A stretch of DNA of 63,922 nt, counting the filler, from Olpidium bornovanus S191 (Eukaryota; Fungi; Olpidiomycota): assembly GCA_017911155.1 (NCBI GenBank). It is 34 parts of 34 records of this genome, joined end to end, with 100 filler letters (N's around TTAATTAATTAA, not from the genome) between each part and the next. Parts side by side here need not be neighbours in the genome. Positions count along the whole stretch, not along the records: positions 25,153 to 26,315 come from JAEFCI010008675.1; positions 26,416 to 28,476 come from JAEFCI010000301.1; positions 28,577 to 29,646 come from JAEFCI010012788.1; positions 29,747 to 32,005 come from JAEFCI010012188.1; positions 32,106 to 34,363 come from JAEFCI010006709.1; positions 34,464 to 36,296 come from JAEFCI010000700.1; 28 more parts are not named here. One strand, 5' to 3'. Every line of letters begins with the position of its first letter. Within the stretch, counting starts at the first letter, position 1. Of this stretch, positions 25,153-36,396 are shown in pieces. Under the pieces are notes generated by a model, which did not search any database, had not been told where the DNA came from, and worked only from the letters and a program-made list of their open reading frames with translations. A program made the translations under genes and the position numbers.

Positions 25153-26150
25153 ACATGATCGTCGACTTGAAATCCTGGTTACCGACATTTCTCTGCGGTG
25201 AGGGCTGCTGCTGGGGCTGGGGCTGGGCCTGGACCTGCCCCGGACGCGGGGAGTTCCCAACGGGCGGACAAAGAATTCCGGGCGAGTTGCTTCCGGGAGG
25301 TTTGCTGATCAGGAAGGGATCGCCGCTTCCGGAAGTCGGCCTCGATGAGGGCGCCGGGCTGCCGCTTGGGCCAAAGTCGGGCGTGGCCGTCGGAGTCAAC
25401 CTCTGGTGTCCCCCGTTGTTCCCGTTTCCGTCCCGACGTGCGTTGACGCAAAGGGAAAGATCTTCGCGGTTAAAAACGTGGCAAGCCAACCTAGGCACCA
25501 TAAGCCCATTCGGGGGCCGGAGTAACATACAGCCGTCGCCTGTTGGAACTGCTGTTGCGGCTGCAGCTGCAGCTGCTGTCGAGGTGGCTCTTGCTTCTGC
25601 TGCTGGTGCTGCTGCGTTGGGGACGCGGCATCGGAGAGCTGTTCAGGTTCCGGCATCGGGCCTGGCATAGCGAACTGCTTCCGCTCGTACTTGGCCCAGA
25701 CCCATTGATTAACCGTCCTGCGGAGAGTTTAGCACCAACAACATATCAACAGGGAAGTTCGACATTATTCCACCGGAAAAATTTCGGTGGGCTTCCGAAG
25801 ACGGAACACTCACGATTCCGTGGGTTCCTTTGTAAGGCGAGCCTCCCAGTATCTGTTGTGCGAGGCAACGGGCAACGGTTATTACGCTTCGGTATCCCGG
25901 CCGCCGTTATGGTGCGCCGAACTAGGAAGTGATCGCGACGATAACCCTCCCCCCACCCTTGCCCGGATGCGAACCACGCACTTGTTTGCGGTTGCGTTGC
26001 CCCAGCGCTGCACGTTCGCGATCTGCTCTGGCGTCCAGGTGTCCAGGTCGACGCTCTTAACTTTGCTGATATGGGTGCCCATGGACCTGTGGATGCCGGA
26101 GCAGCGGATGCAGATGAACACACCCAGGTTCCAAGAGACCCACCTCGGGT
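25153..26150 (-). CDS. AGE2: ArfGAP (Age2/SMAP type), partial
   Basis: [65 protein letters not shown]-rich linker and NQDFKSTIM at the contig end. Confidence 0.92.
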
Positions 26151-26415
26151 CTTTTTTTTTGTTTGATTTTGTTCGGGAGGCGAGCGACGCCAGTCAGTGG
26201 AGGCCGTACAGAAGCACCGCACGCCGCGGCATATCCGCCAAACTCCTTCTGGACTCGCTTCGACAAAGGGGGGGGGGGGGGGGGGGGGGGCGCCCGCCGC
26301 GGGGGGGGCCCGCGANNNNNNNNNNNNNNNNNNNNNNNNNNNNNNNNNNNNNNNNNNNNTTAATTAATTAANNNNNNNNNNNNNNNNNNNNNNNNNNNNN
26401 NNNNNNNNNNNNNNN

Positions 26416-26823
26416 AGGTACCAAATCAAGCCGTATCAGGTCGACCCGTACCGGTACCAGGCCGAACCGTACCCGGTCGACCCGTATCAGTACAAGGATC
26501 CCACCTACCAGCAATCTCAACACCAGCCTCATGCATACCAGGAGACCGAATTCCGCCAGCATTATGATGCCCGCAATCACGTCATGAAGCAAGCGATATA
26601 CGCAGCCAATCGCCCCGCGGCTGGATTCGATTCCATCACCTCACCAGGTTCTACCACGACCGCCGAGCCGTACGACCCAGCGACGCTCCGTCCAAGGAAC
26701 GCTACAAATATTAACCGTTCCGTGGGGTATATAGTCACAAATCCTCAATCGCCCAACAAAAACGACGGCGGTGACCCTAGGGACGAGCGGCCGAGAGGAG
26801 ATTTGAAGCCGGTCAACTTGTAG
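26416..26823 (+). CDS. C-terminal exon of an unknown Tyr/Pro/Gln-rich protein
   Basis: Open from the contig start: RYQIKPYQVDPYRYQAEPYPVDPYQYKDPTYQQSQHQ...GDLKPVNL*. Confidence 0.45.
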   Translation, partial: RYQIKPYQVDPYRYQAEPYPVDPYQYKDPTYQQSQHQPHAYQETEFRQHYDARNHVMKQAIYAANRPAAGFDSITSPGSTTTAEPYDPATLRPRNATNINRSVGYIVTNPQSPNKNDGGDPRDERPRGDLKPVNL

Positions 26824-28975
26824 CAACTGCAAAAAAAAAACCGGCCTCTGGCTTGCTTTTCAGTGTGGTCGGAATTTAGGTGTGGCCGATAGTCGCCGCA
26901 GGATCGACGACTTTTATTTGCTTGTCAACCTATCTTGTTGTCTTTGGAAAAGATTCATACGTGCTTGCTGCGGATGATCAAATCGTGGCGCTTTGCAGCC
27001 GACGAATTGCGATCGTGTTGACGAAAGTCCGCAAGACTCCGCAAAGGCTTGATTCGCAGAGAAGTACATAGGCGGCCCATCTTGTTCTGGATCTGACCCT
27101 GCGGGCCCGTGTTACAACTGTGACGGCGGGAGAGCACTCTGCGGCGAAAAAAACGCGAGCTTTTTGTCACGCCCCGGCTCGGCAGGAGTTTGGAGCGTCG
27201 CCGAATGCCGGATTGCTCTTCTATAATGCGGTCGGTTGCGAGCCCGGCTGCGGACCGCGTCGAAACTCTAAAAGAAAAGGAGCGGTCGACTTGAGCAGAT
27301 ACTTGGGGACAACGTTCGAGGGCGCGTGCCCGCGGCTGTCTGGAAACGAGAGATAAAGGCGCGACGCGGTCTTTTTGCGTCGTCTAAAGGAGGGGTGGAG
27401 GGGAGGGTGACGCGCGCGGACGTCGGCTTTGTCTTGGTTTGGAGGGAGGAGACGTTCGTGACGGTGGTGTTTTTTTTTCCGCTGTCCATACTGTGGAGAC
27501 TCGATCAAACCGCGGCCGCGCCGTGTTTCGAACCGCGCGCGTACGGTTACAACCGCGACGCGTGGCGCGGATCGGTTCGAGCCGCGGCGCTCGACGCGGA
27601 CCGAACCGAACCGTGCCGCGACTTGCCGGGCCCTGGAAACCGGCGTATCGGTCTGCAGCTGTTCGGGCGAGAGAGGGTGATGTGTGACGCGTGTGGGAAG
27701 TTATTTCAAACATAGGGTGCATATCTAAAGAGTAAGGCCATAGGGCGAGGCGCCGGGAAGAGGGAAGGATACGCACCTGCGGCGCGGTCGGTAGTGGGTG
27801 CGCCTCCGGCGCGGTCGGTGGGGATGCTGTCTGGACGGGTATGCGCCTTTGGCGACGACGTCTGCTATGACCGAGGCCTTTCTGCTCGGTCCTCTGCTTT
27901 CTACCAACTCTCCGTCCCTATCCTCCTCCTCTTAATCTACCACCCCACACGTCGATAAATCTCTTCAGCGCGTCGCCTTAGAAGCGCGCCCGGCAAATTG
28001 CAAATAGCGCTTGAACGGATGTGCGGATCTCCGTGGAGCGTGGATGTGTGCTATATAGTTGTGGGTGAGTATCAAGGTTGATATACCACCAATCTTTGAT
28101 AGCACTCGTGGGTGCAAACGGCATCTCAGGACTATGCTCGGGAGGAGAATGCAATTGGCATTCGAAGGTGTTGCATCTGTCTGGGGCGCAAAATAGGAGG
28201 AGGTATGTGGCGGGACTCACGGATCTCGATCGAGGAATGATGACATCGCACCATGTCGAGCATCCCGGCCATGTTCCAGCCTCTGCGGGAGCGAGTTTCA
28301 TGGCCCAGAACTGCGCTTTTAGGCCAACGGGCCAGCTGCGTAGTGCGGAGACGGGCATGGAACCGAATGAATTCCTGTGCACAGCGAGGGAGCCAGGTGA
28401 TCAACCGCCGCGGAAGGCACGCTGACGCGCTGCGTCCGCCGTGAGGGCAGGGGTCAAAAGGGGGGGGGGGGGTCTANNNNNNNNNNNNNNNNNNNNNNNN
28501 NNNNNNNNNNNNNNNNNNNNTTAATTAATTAANNNNNNNNNNNNNNNNNNNNNNNNNNNNNNNNNNNNNNNNNNNNCATGCAATGTCATCTGACACGGCG
28601 GGAGGTTGATATCACGTTGTATCGCGTCGGGACACAACGCACGCAGAGATGTCGCACGAATTTGCGCAGAATTTGCGGCAGGATTGGCAGAGGAATTCAC
28701 AGCAATCTTCGCAGCAATATCAGCTCAAAGTTCACAGAGAATGCTCCGTGGTGACCGTGGCGCTATCTCTGAGGAAGCAAAAAGCTTGCCAAGGTTAGTG
28801 AGTTTGGCCGGTTCTCCAGGTGCGTATCCGCCGGGGTCAGCCTGAGGCCGCAGGTGGGGAATTTTTTTTTTTTTCTGAATGTTTTTTTGGGAGGGCCGCG
28901 CAGGCAAACCCTCCGCCGCACGCCGTTTTCGTCGCCCGCGCGACCCCCGCGCTCCGGGGAAAGGGCGGGACGACC

Positions 28976-29001
28976 GCAGCAGCAGCAGCAGCAGCAGCAG
29001 C
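28976..29001. repeat. (CAG)n microsatellite, about 8 units
   Basis: Read directly from the sequence. Confidence 0.9.
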
Positions 29002-30590
29002 GCCACACGTCGCAATACCGCCGCACTCCCCCTCCTCCCCTCCCCGTGCGTCCGTGGAGCGGAGTAGTGAAAACGCGCTAGAAATTTGAGTCTCCTGAAA
29101 AGAGCACAAATCTTTACACAACTTACTTCTTAGCCTCCGCCCGCCTGCGTTGTTGGTGGGGGAGGGTTTTACGTTGCTTTATTTATAACGCGGGGAGAAG
29201 GCAGGGGTGGCGGTTGGTACTTTGTTATGACGGCAGGTGAAGAACGGGAGGGGGGGTGGGGGCAGCGCGCGCCCTGTACGGGCGGGAGAAAGGATGCCTT
29301 TTACATCCACCGAAAAACGAAGGCATCAGGGAGGCGCTCGAGCATTGTCGAAAAAACCGTCGGGGCACGGGAGTGTCGGCGCGCGGCGGGTTGCATTTGT
29401 CGTCGACCTGAGCTGCTTGGAGGCGCCTGTGATAATTTTCGTGCTTTCGATCATTTTTTTCTCCTTATATACCCCAATCTCAGAATTCGTGACGAGCTTA
29501 TAAGCCGTTCACACGCCACCCGAGAATACAGCCCGTTGTCCTGCTGGGTCAAACTCTGCCAGTTAACCCCGCAGTCTAGAGTTTGTACGTGTTTGTATTA
29601 CGTGATCATCCTTTGTGTCAACTTAGTTGTCCACTTGGGGGGGGGGNNNNNNNNNNNNNNNNNNNNNNNNNNNNNNNNNNNNNNNNNNNNTTAATTAATT
29701 AANNNNNNNNNNNNNNNNNNNNNNNNNNNNNNNNNNNNNNNNNNNNCATGGGCCGAAGCATTAACGAGGAAACATCTGCAGCTGGGAGACTGTTCTCGAT
29801 GCGCTCCCGCTCCCAACCACCCTGCTTTCCTTTTGTGACCCAGCGCGTATCAGGAGTCAAGATGGGGGATTCTCAATGCCATTTGCTGCCCGAAGTGATG
29901 AGAGAGCAGCACGCCCGGAGGGGCCCGAAGGGCCCCGCAGGGCCACCAACTCCCGAAAGAGTCGAACGTGCGAGCTTGTGGGTAAGAAAACCGTTTGTTG
30001 TATCCAATGTAAATTTGATGTGCTGTCATCTTCTCCCGATTCCGGGCGTCGGAATTCCGCTACGGCAGAGCGGGGGGGGGGGGGGGGGGGTTACCTAAAC
30101 ACCCGCCTTTGTTGTTCCGATTCGCTCTGGTTCATAGATGCCTATCCCAAACTGGCCTCGATTCTCCTCGCCGGAAAGTGGGCGCAGGTCAGTTACTGCG
30201 GACATATCAACGACCCCGGAACAGCCGAAGTGTAGAATCGGGACCAGAACGCCGCAAACACACAGCTCTCAAAGGCCTGTGGTTCCAGGTTTTACTTGCT
30301 GAGTTGGATGATTCGATAGTTGAGGACCCTCCGGGTCTTCCTATTGGACAATACGCATGATTCGCATGATTACTCCCGTACAGCGTGACAGAAGGGGTTT
30401 ATATACATACGCCTTCGCTACATAGCGTTTTTGTGAAACGAACTATTTAGCGCACTCCCTCCGGGTACTGCAAAGGGGTACTCGATCCATATCTTGACGG
30501 GTGGGGACGATGTGCGGATGCTCTTAACAGGTTTAAGTAGCGCCTAAGCATGGAGTGGTGCAGGATATGGGAAGCCGCGGATTCTGCTTT

Positions 30591-31220
30591 CTAACCGCGG
30601 ACGGTTTGTCCCAGGGTGCGACGGTACTTCGCATCGTTTTTGAGGGGAGGTCCGTGCTCGAAGGTAATGAGCATAAAAGGCAAGGTATCGAACGAGTCGC
30701 CCTCATCGTGAAACTGGATGTCCATCCTCTTGTGGGCAATGGAGTAGTAGAAAGTAATCTGGACCGGGTTTTCGCGCACATCGCGGGCTTCTTTTGAAAG
30801 CGAAACCAAGAACGGCATCTCCACCTCGTAGGATGCCGGATCGAGCACGAAATAGCGGTCACGGCCGTGAGTGTACCGGTTACCCACCAGGAAAGCTCTT
30901 GGGTGGTAGACGAACCCATCGTGCGACAGCTTCACCGTGAGCTGCCGACGGCGAACGCTCAGGCCCTGGTAGTAGTTGTAGAGAGTTGCCCGGTACGTTT
31001 TTTCCCTGTACTTGTACGAAAGCACCGTCTTGGAGTCAAGTAAATCCTGATGCTTGACGAGTTCAGCGAGGTTACGGGCCTCAGAAGTCGAGAAGAAGGC
31101 TCTCAATGTATCGTCCGAAATCCGGATATCCATCCACATGCGTAGGTCTTCCTGCTCCTCCTTGTGTTCGAGAGCTGACAGGACGCTCTCACCGTACAGT
31201 CTTTGAAGGTAGTACTCCAT
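30591..31220 (-). CDS. Orphan intronless 209-aa protein
   Basis: ATG-to-TAG ORF in sequence of ordinary complexity, with globular Tyr/Phe/Leu-rich composition. No family confidently recognised. Confidence 0.65.
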   Translation of the reverse strand: MEYYLQRLYGESVLSALEHKEEQEDLRMWMDIRISDDTLRAFFSTSEARNLAELVKHQDLLDSKTVLSYKYREKTYRATLYNYYQGLSVRRRQLTVKLSHDGFVYHPRAFLVGNRYTHGRDRYFVLDPASYEVEMPFLVSLSKEARDVRENPVQITFYYSIAHKRMDIQFHDEGDSFDTLPFMLITFEHGPPLKNDAKYRRTLGQTVRG

Positions 31221-31643
31221 GCTAAGCGGGTGACGGTGCGCCTTCAGTATACAGCTAAGCAGAATAAAAAGGTGACTGACGCCAAAACGAACCTACGTGA
31301 AAGCACAAAAACCCCGCTAGCTTCTTTCAGTGTCGCTTGAACCTTGCGCCGAGTGAACGGAAAAGCGGATAGAGTGGCCGGAGAAGGTTCTCCGTCTCGT
31401 CCTCGCCTAGATGGGGGACACACCTGATATTTCCACGGCAAATGTTTAGCCTTTCAGGCAGAATGGCGACGCTTTTGTTTCCTCAAGCCGGCGGGACACC
31501 TAGCGCGAAGAAGGCGTGCTCGCCTAGCAGCGGGAGAGGAGGGGAGGGGCGGTCGGTGGTACTGTGAACGGTCGACGTGAGAGCTTCGCAACCGCTGAGT
31601 GGGGGCAGGACTGCGGACGGGGGGGGGGGGGGGGGGGGGGGGG

Positions 31644-31684
<41 letters not shown>

Positions 31685-31715
31685 GGGGGGGGGGGCCCGG
31701 GGGGGGGGCCCGGCG

Positions 31716-31759
<44 letters not shown>

Positions 31760-32120
31760 GGGAGCGGTCTGGGGGTTTGGTGGGGGGAGTAAGGGGGGTT
31801 CGGAGGGGGCGGGCTGAACAAGAAAACGATCCGTCCTCTCCCATGCGGAACACCCTAACCCCCCACCCCACGTGACGGGTGGTTGGGGAGGGGGGGGTGG
31901 GGTGGGGTGCTGACGCAAAATTAAATAAATTCAATGATAATTCCAAATCCTTCCGAGTCTATTCAATGCAGGAGGGCTGTTTCCCCGCTCCTCCGGTCCC
32001 CCCCCNNNNNNNNNNNNNNNNNNNNNNNNNNNNNNNNNNNNNNNNNNNNTTAATTAATTAANNNNNNNNNNNNNNNNNNNNNNNNNNNNNNNNNNNNNNN
32101 NNNNNGCATGGATCGGGCTT

Positions 32121-32601
32121 TGTCTGCAATTGAGCCGTGTGTACACTCAATGATGGCATTCTGGTTCGGGCAATTTCGGATATTCGTGGTGGTAGTAATT
32201 GCGTGCTGTTGGATATTCTTAATGTAAGAATGCGTAGTGAACTCATCGCCAGGGTCAGAGTGGTGCCACTGGATCCTGGTGTCTGCAATTGAGCCGTGTG
32301 TACACTCAATGATGGCATTCTGGTTCGGGCAATTTCGGATATTTGTGGTGGTAGTAATCGCGTGCTGTTGGATATTCTTAATGTAAGAATGCGTAGTGAA
32401 CTCATTGCCAGGGTCAGAGTGGTGCCACTGGATCCTGGTGCCGTATTTTCATTCCATGGTCATCTGGTAGTCGTCCCATTTGGCAGTGAGGTCGTCATCT
32501 TTCTCAGGGTCAGAGTGGTGCCACTGGATCCTGGTGCCGTATTTTCGTTCCATGGTCATCTGGTAGTCGTCCCATTTGGCAGTGAGGTCGTCATCTTTCT
32601 C
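32121..32601. repeat. Two overlapping tandem duplications (159 bp and 96 bp) inside the copia integrase
   Basis: 32121-32279 matches 32280-32438 (3 mismatches). 32410-32505 matches 32506-32601 (1 internal mismatch plus divergent junction bases). Confidence 0.92.
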
Positions 32602-33378
32602 TTGGAGGAAATACGAGGTCGTGTGTCGAGACACCTAATCTGTGTATTGGAGCGTGTACTTACAGCCGGTCAGAGAAAGAAGTCCAGAGAGATCCGCATT
32701 GATCCGTTCGAGTGGTCGGTACACGCGTTCGGAGCAGCGATATGGTAGTCGTTTTGTTTTGCCAACGGCACACGCTCCACAAAAGGGGAATTCTGCTCCT
32801 TTGGGAATACCGAGATCAGGGATGTGGCGGAGGACCTCAAGACTTGCATGTCCTAGTCTTTGGTGCCACAGGGTCGCCTTGGCATTCGCCGCAAATGCGG
32901 CATGTACCTTGGCGATGGACGTAGAGAAAGCAGGCATCATGACAGCCGGGTCTGGCACAGACTTGAAACGAGAAGTCGCGTCGAGGTAGAAAAGACGGTC
33001 AGCCTTGCGGTAAACCCTTGCAATGATGGTACCATCTTGTTCCATGACAAGGGCTTTTCTGTTGGCAAGGAAGAGTACGTTGAGTCCATGAAGAGTGACG
33101 GAGCCGACAGAGAATAGGGGAGCCATTGAGAGTACATGGAGTACGTCTTGAAGGTCGATGTTTGTTCCAGCGCTACGCAGTGGAATGCGTCCCACGGCAG
33201 AGGCGGTAATAGTACTATTGTCCGCCAGTTGTACAGGCATCGAAGATGGCTTTACGTCCGCGAAGATGGAGCCGTCGGGAGGGTGCCCATAATGTGTGGC
33301 TCCTGAGTCCATGATCATATCTTGGAGGAAAGCGGTAGCGGCGGATTTGGCTGTTGCGCGGCGGTGGGCGGCGGATCG

Positions 33379-33612
33379 CGGCGACGGCGAAGCGCGGAGA
33401 TGGCGGCGAAGCGCGGGGTGGCTGCGCGGCGGAGCGCGGCGGCGGCGGAGGCGCCGACGGCGAAGCGCGGAGATGGCGGCGACGGCGAAGCGCGGCGATG
33501 GCGGCGAAGCGCGGAGATGGCGGCGACGGCGAAGCGCGGCGATGGCGGCGAAGCGCGGGGTGGCTGTGCTGCGGAGCGCGGCGACGGCTGCGGCGGAGCG
33601 CGGAGGTGATGG
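33379..33612. repeat. GC-rich minisatellite, core CGGCGAAGCGCGG(A/C)GATGG (about 19 bp), 7 core copies
   Basis: Core 13-mer at 33385, 33404, 33458, 33483, 33502, 33527 and 33546. Confidence 0.9.
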
Positions 33613-33637
33613 ACGGCGGCTGCGCGGTCAGCGGAGC

Positions 33638-33652
33638 CTTGGGCGCATAACC
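33638..33652 (-). promoter_or_regulatory. Copia-type primer-binding site (internal tRNA-iMet anticodon-arm type)
   Basis: The minus strand reads GGTTATGCGCCCAAG, one mismatch from the GGTTATG(G/A)GCCC PBS of copia-like elements, and lies upstream of pol. Confidence 0.7.
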
Positions 33653-34040
33653 CGTTGTTTGTTGTTCATTTTGTATTTTCCGCCGTATGGTAGTAGAAGG
33701 GAGGAGTGGCGTCCGGGAGCTATTCTATGTGTGTGACACGTGATACTTTGACGGCTCCTGCGGAAATCCCCCGTTCACTCCTTTCGTCCTCTCGTAAACT
33801 CGCAACGCCTTTAAGGTACAAATGGGCCTGTATTCCGCAGAGATTCTACAACTCGGCGAACAGCTCAAAACAGAAAGCTCCTGCCCGTCTTCCCGTCCCG
33901 GTTCAGCCCCGTCGTCCTTGTACCTGTTCGGCCACTGCCACGCTCTGCGAAGTAAAAGTACTTCAGGTTTCGCCCCCGCAGGTTTCAATTTCGTTGTCAG
34001 GCGCTGGTTGATGTAAAGCCAGGACCGTTTTTATCAGCAA
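33653..34040 (-). mobile_element. Putative 5' LTR of the copia element (outer boundary uncertain)
   Basis: Non-coding sequence immediately upstream of the PBS. Termini are degenerate and no second copy is present in the window. Confidence 0.35.
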
Positions 34041-34754
34041 CCCGGGCTCCGCACCGAACGCGACAGCGGAAGGAGCGCGGGACCGGCCGTGCTGCTTTTT
34101 TTTTTATTTTGTGTCTTTCGCGGCGGAGGGGGGTTCTTTCCTGGACGGGGCAGACGGTGCGAGGCGGGGTGGATGGTAGAATTACGAGCTCGAGTAAAAC
34201 GCCACCCGGCGGAATTCCAAGCACAAACCCGCAAAAAACAAAGTGAGTTTACGGGAAGAGGGGGGGAAGGAAGGTGGTCGACGGGCGGCGGCAACATTGT
34301 CCAGCAAGTGAAAAGAAGGGGGTCAGGAGGCGGAGGCAGGGCGCGCAGAGAGAATATGCATGANNNNNNNNNNNNNNNNNNNNNNNNNNNNNNNNNNNNN
34401 NNNNNNNTTAATTAATTAANNNNNNNNNNNNNNNNNNNNNNNNNNNNNNNNNNNNNNNNNNNNACGGCCCACGAAAAACACGACGAACACTGGACAAGAT
34501 TTGATGGGGCTATACTCTTCCAGTTTTTTTTTCCTCTTGTTTCAATCCGCCGGTCACGTGAAAGCATCGAGGTCCGACGGCATGCGGAGAAAGGGGGGCC
34601 ACGCGCGCGGCGGGAAATCCACGGCCGGCCGCTGGTCGCTGGCGTGGACGGTAAAGGGCCCTGCCCGCCGCGCCACTCTTCGCTCGCCCAAAAGCACATC
34701 GAAAATCGCCGGTTCCGGGCCGGCTTCACAACGCTCAGATTTTGAATCTGCGTC

Positions 34755-34790
<36 letters not shown>

Positions 34791-35494
34791 GTTGCAAGTT
34801 TTCAATCGAACAATGTATCTGGCAAGATTGTCACCACGAGGATTGACACCGACGAACTTTAAGATTCGTCAAAGACGGGGGGGGGAAAGAAACCCCCCCC
34901 CCTCTGGAAACTTTTTTTTTTTTTTTTTTGCGTGCGGGAGTTGCTTCACACGGCACCGGACGCACCGGACACGAGTTTCGCCTCCACGTTGAAAGTGAAC
35001 GTCAGAGGGCAGAACACCAAACGTTTCTAAGGGGAGTTTTTTCTTCCTGACTTGCGCAGCGCTGTCAGGACTGACCGGAGGGGCCGAAAGGTGGCGCCAA
35101 CCCCGAAACCTGAGCTGGCAAGCGAGCGCATCTGTCGACCCGCATTTGTCAAACTAAACTGACGAGCGAAACCTCGCACTCGAAAAACCCGTTTCGGGCC
35201 GAGCCGACGCGGCGGGCCATCCGAAGACCGAAATACAGCCGGCCACGGGGCTGCACAAAGTAAATGATACGTTTCCAAAAAAACCAAAAAAAAAAAAAAA
35301 AAAAAAGAAGCAGCCCGTGAATTTTATGGTTTTTTTTTTTTTTTTTTCTTTTTTTTTTTTCCTCTTTCCCTACACTATCTTACAAGTGAGTGAGATTCGG
35401 TAGATACAGAATTATACTAGCGGAGATTGATCCTGGGAGCAACGAGGGCCGTGACACATTCCCGCAGAGAATGTGTGATTCGTGGTATAAAACA

Positions 35495-36296
35495 TCAGAC
35501 CCGGGTTTCTCCGTTAAGGTGACACGCTCCGTGGTCCTCGTTGCCGCCGCCGCAGTACTTCCGGGTCTCGGCGACGGTCTTCATCGATGTCTGGGCCGAC
35601 GGAGACCCCCCAATAAAAGGCGCCGACAGCCTTCGGTCCCCGTTCGCGTGCGCGGGCGCGGCGTTATCCCACGAGCCGGCCGCGTGGCGATCCGCGGCGG
35701 TCTCCGCGGCCGATTTTCTGATCTGAGAGTCCTCCGCGGCTTGAACGCCGCCGTCGAGGAAATCCGTGGGACTCGTTCCCCGGCTGACGACGACCGAGCC
35801 TGACGGCGAGTCCGAGGCGCTCATCCGGCGGCTGACGCACACCTTCACGCGCCGCACCCGCATCGGCTGGTGCTGCTGCTGTTGCTGCGGCTTTGGCACT
35901 TCCACGTAGTGGGAGCTCCACCGGCGAAGCAGCGGCGCTGTCTCCCCGGTGCGCAGCGCCGTGTTGGCCCCTTCGCTCGCCACCCGTCGTATCTCGTCCC
36001 CTGTCCGCGTTTCTATTGCTTCTTTGAGGATGTTCACGTAGGGGCGGACGACCATCTGCGTGTCTGCGTTCGATACGTAAACGTCTGTTTCGTCTTTTTT
36101 TTTTTTCGGCCCAAGGCGGGGGATCCGAGAGCGAACGAGCGCGCGCGTCGTCCGGAGGTAGTAAAATCCGCGGTATTTCAAGTGATGACCAGTAGGCAGC
36201 AGAAATTATGCACATAAAAAAAGGATTCGAAAAGAAAAAAAGTCGCGCTTACCTATAATTTCCTCTTGCAAAACTTCCTCGAGGACATCCTCCATG
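35495..36296 (-). CDS. MAM3: CNNM/Mam3-like (DUF21-CBS) protein, C-terminal part
   Basis: MEDVLEEVLQEEII|DETDVYV across a GTAAG..AG intron matches the end of the CBS pair in CNNM/Mam3. A disordered tail follows. Confidence 0.8.
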
Positions 36297-36396
36297 NNNN
36301 NNNNNNNNNNNNNNNNNNNNNNNNNNNNNNNNNNNNNNNNTTAATTAATTAANNNNNNNNNNNNNNNNNNNNNNNNNNNNNNNNNNNNNNNNNNNN

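Larger units (their letters stand above)
32106..33652 (-). mobile_element. Decayed Ty1/copia LTR retrotransposon: PBS, protease, GAG-pre-integrase and integrase core
   Basis: IMDSGATH (aspartic protease), LWHQRLGH..C..CAVGK, PLERINADLSG, HSDPGNEF and PNQNAIIECTHGSIADKARSM. In-frame stops at 32635 and about 32449. Confidence 0.93.

Noticed and set aside
27384-29646. Short ORFs at 27384-28444 and 28606-29694
   Set aside because: No family signal, and competing frames on both strands are equally weak.
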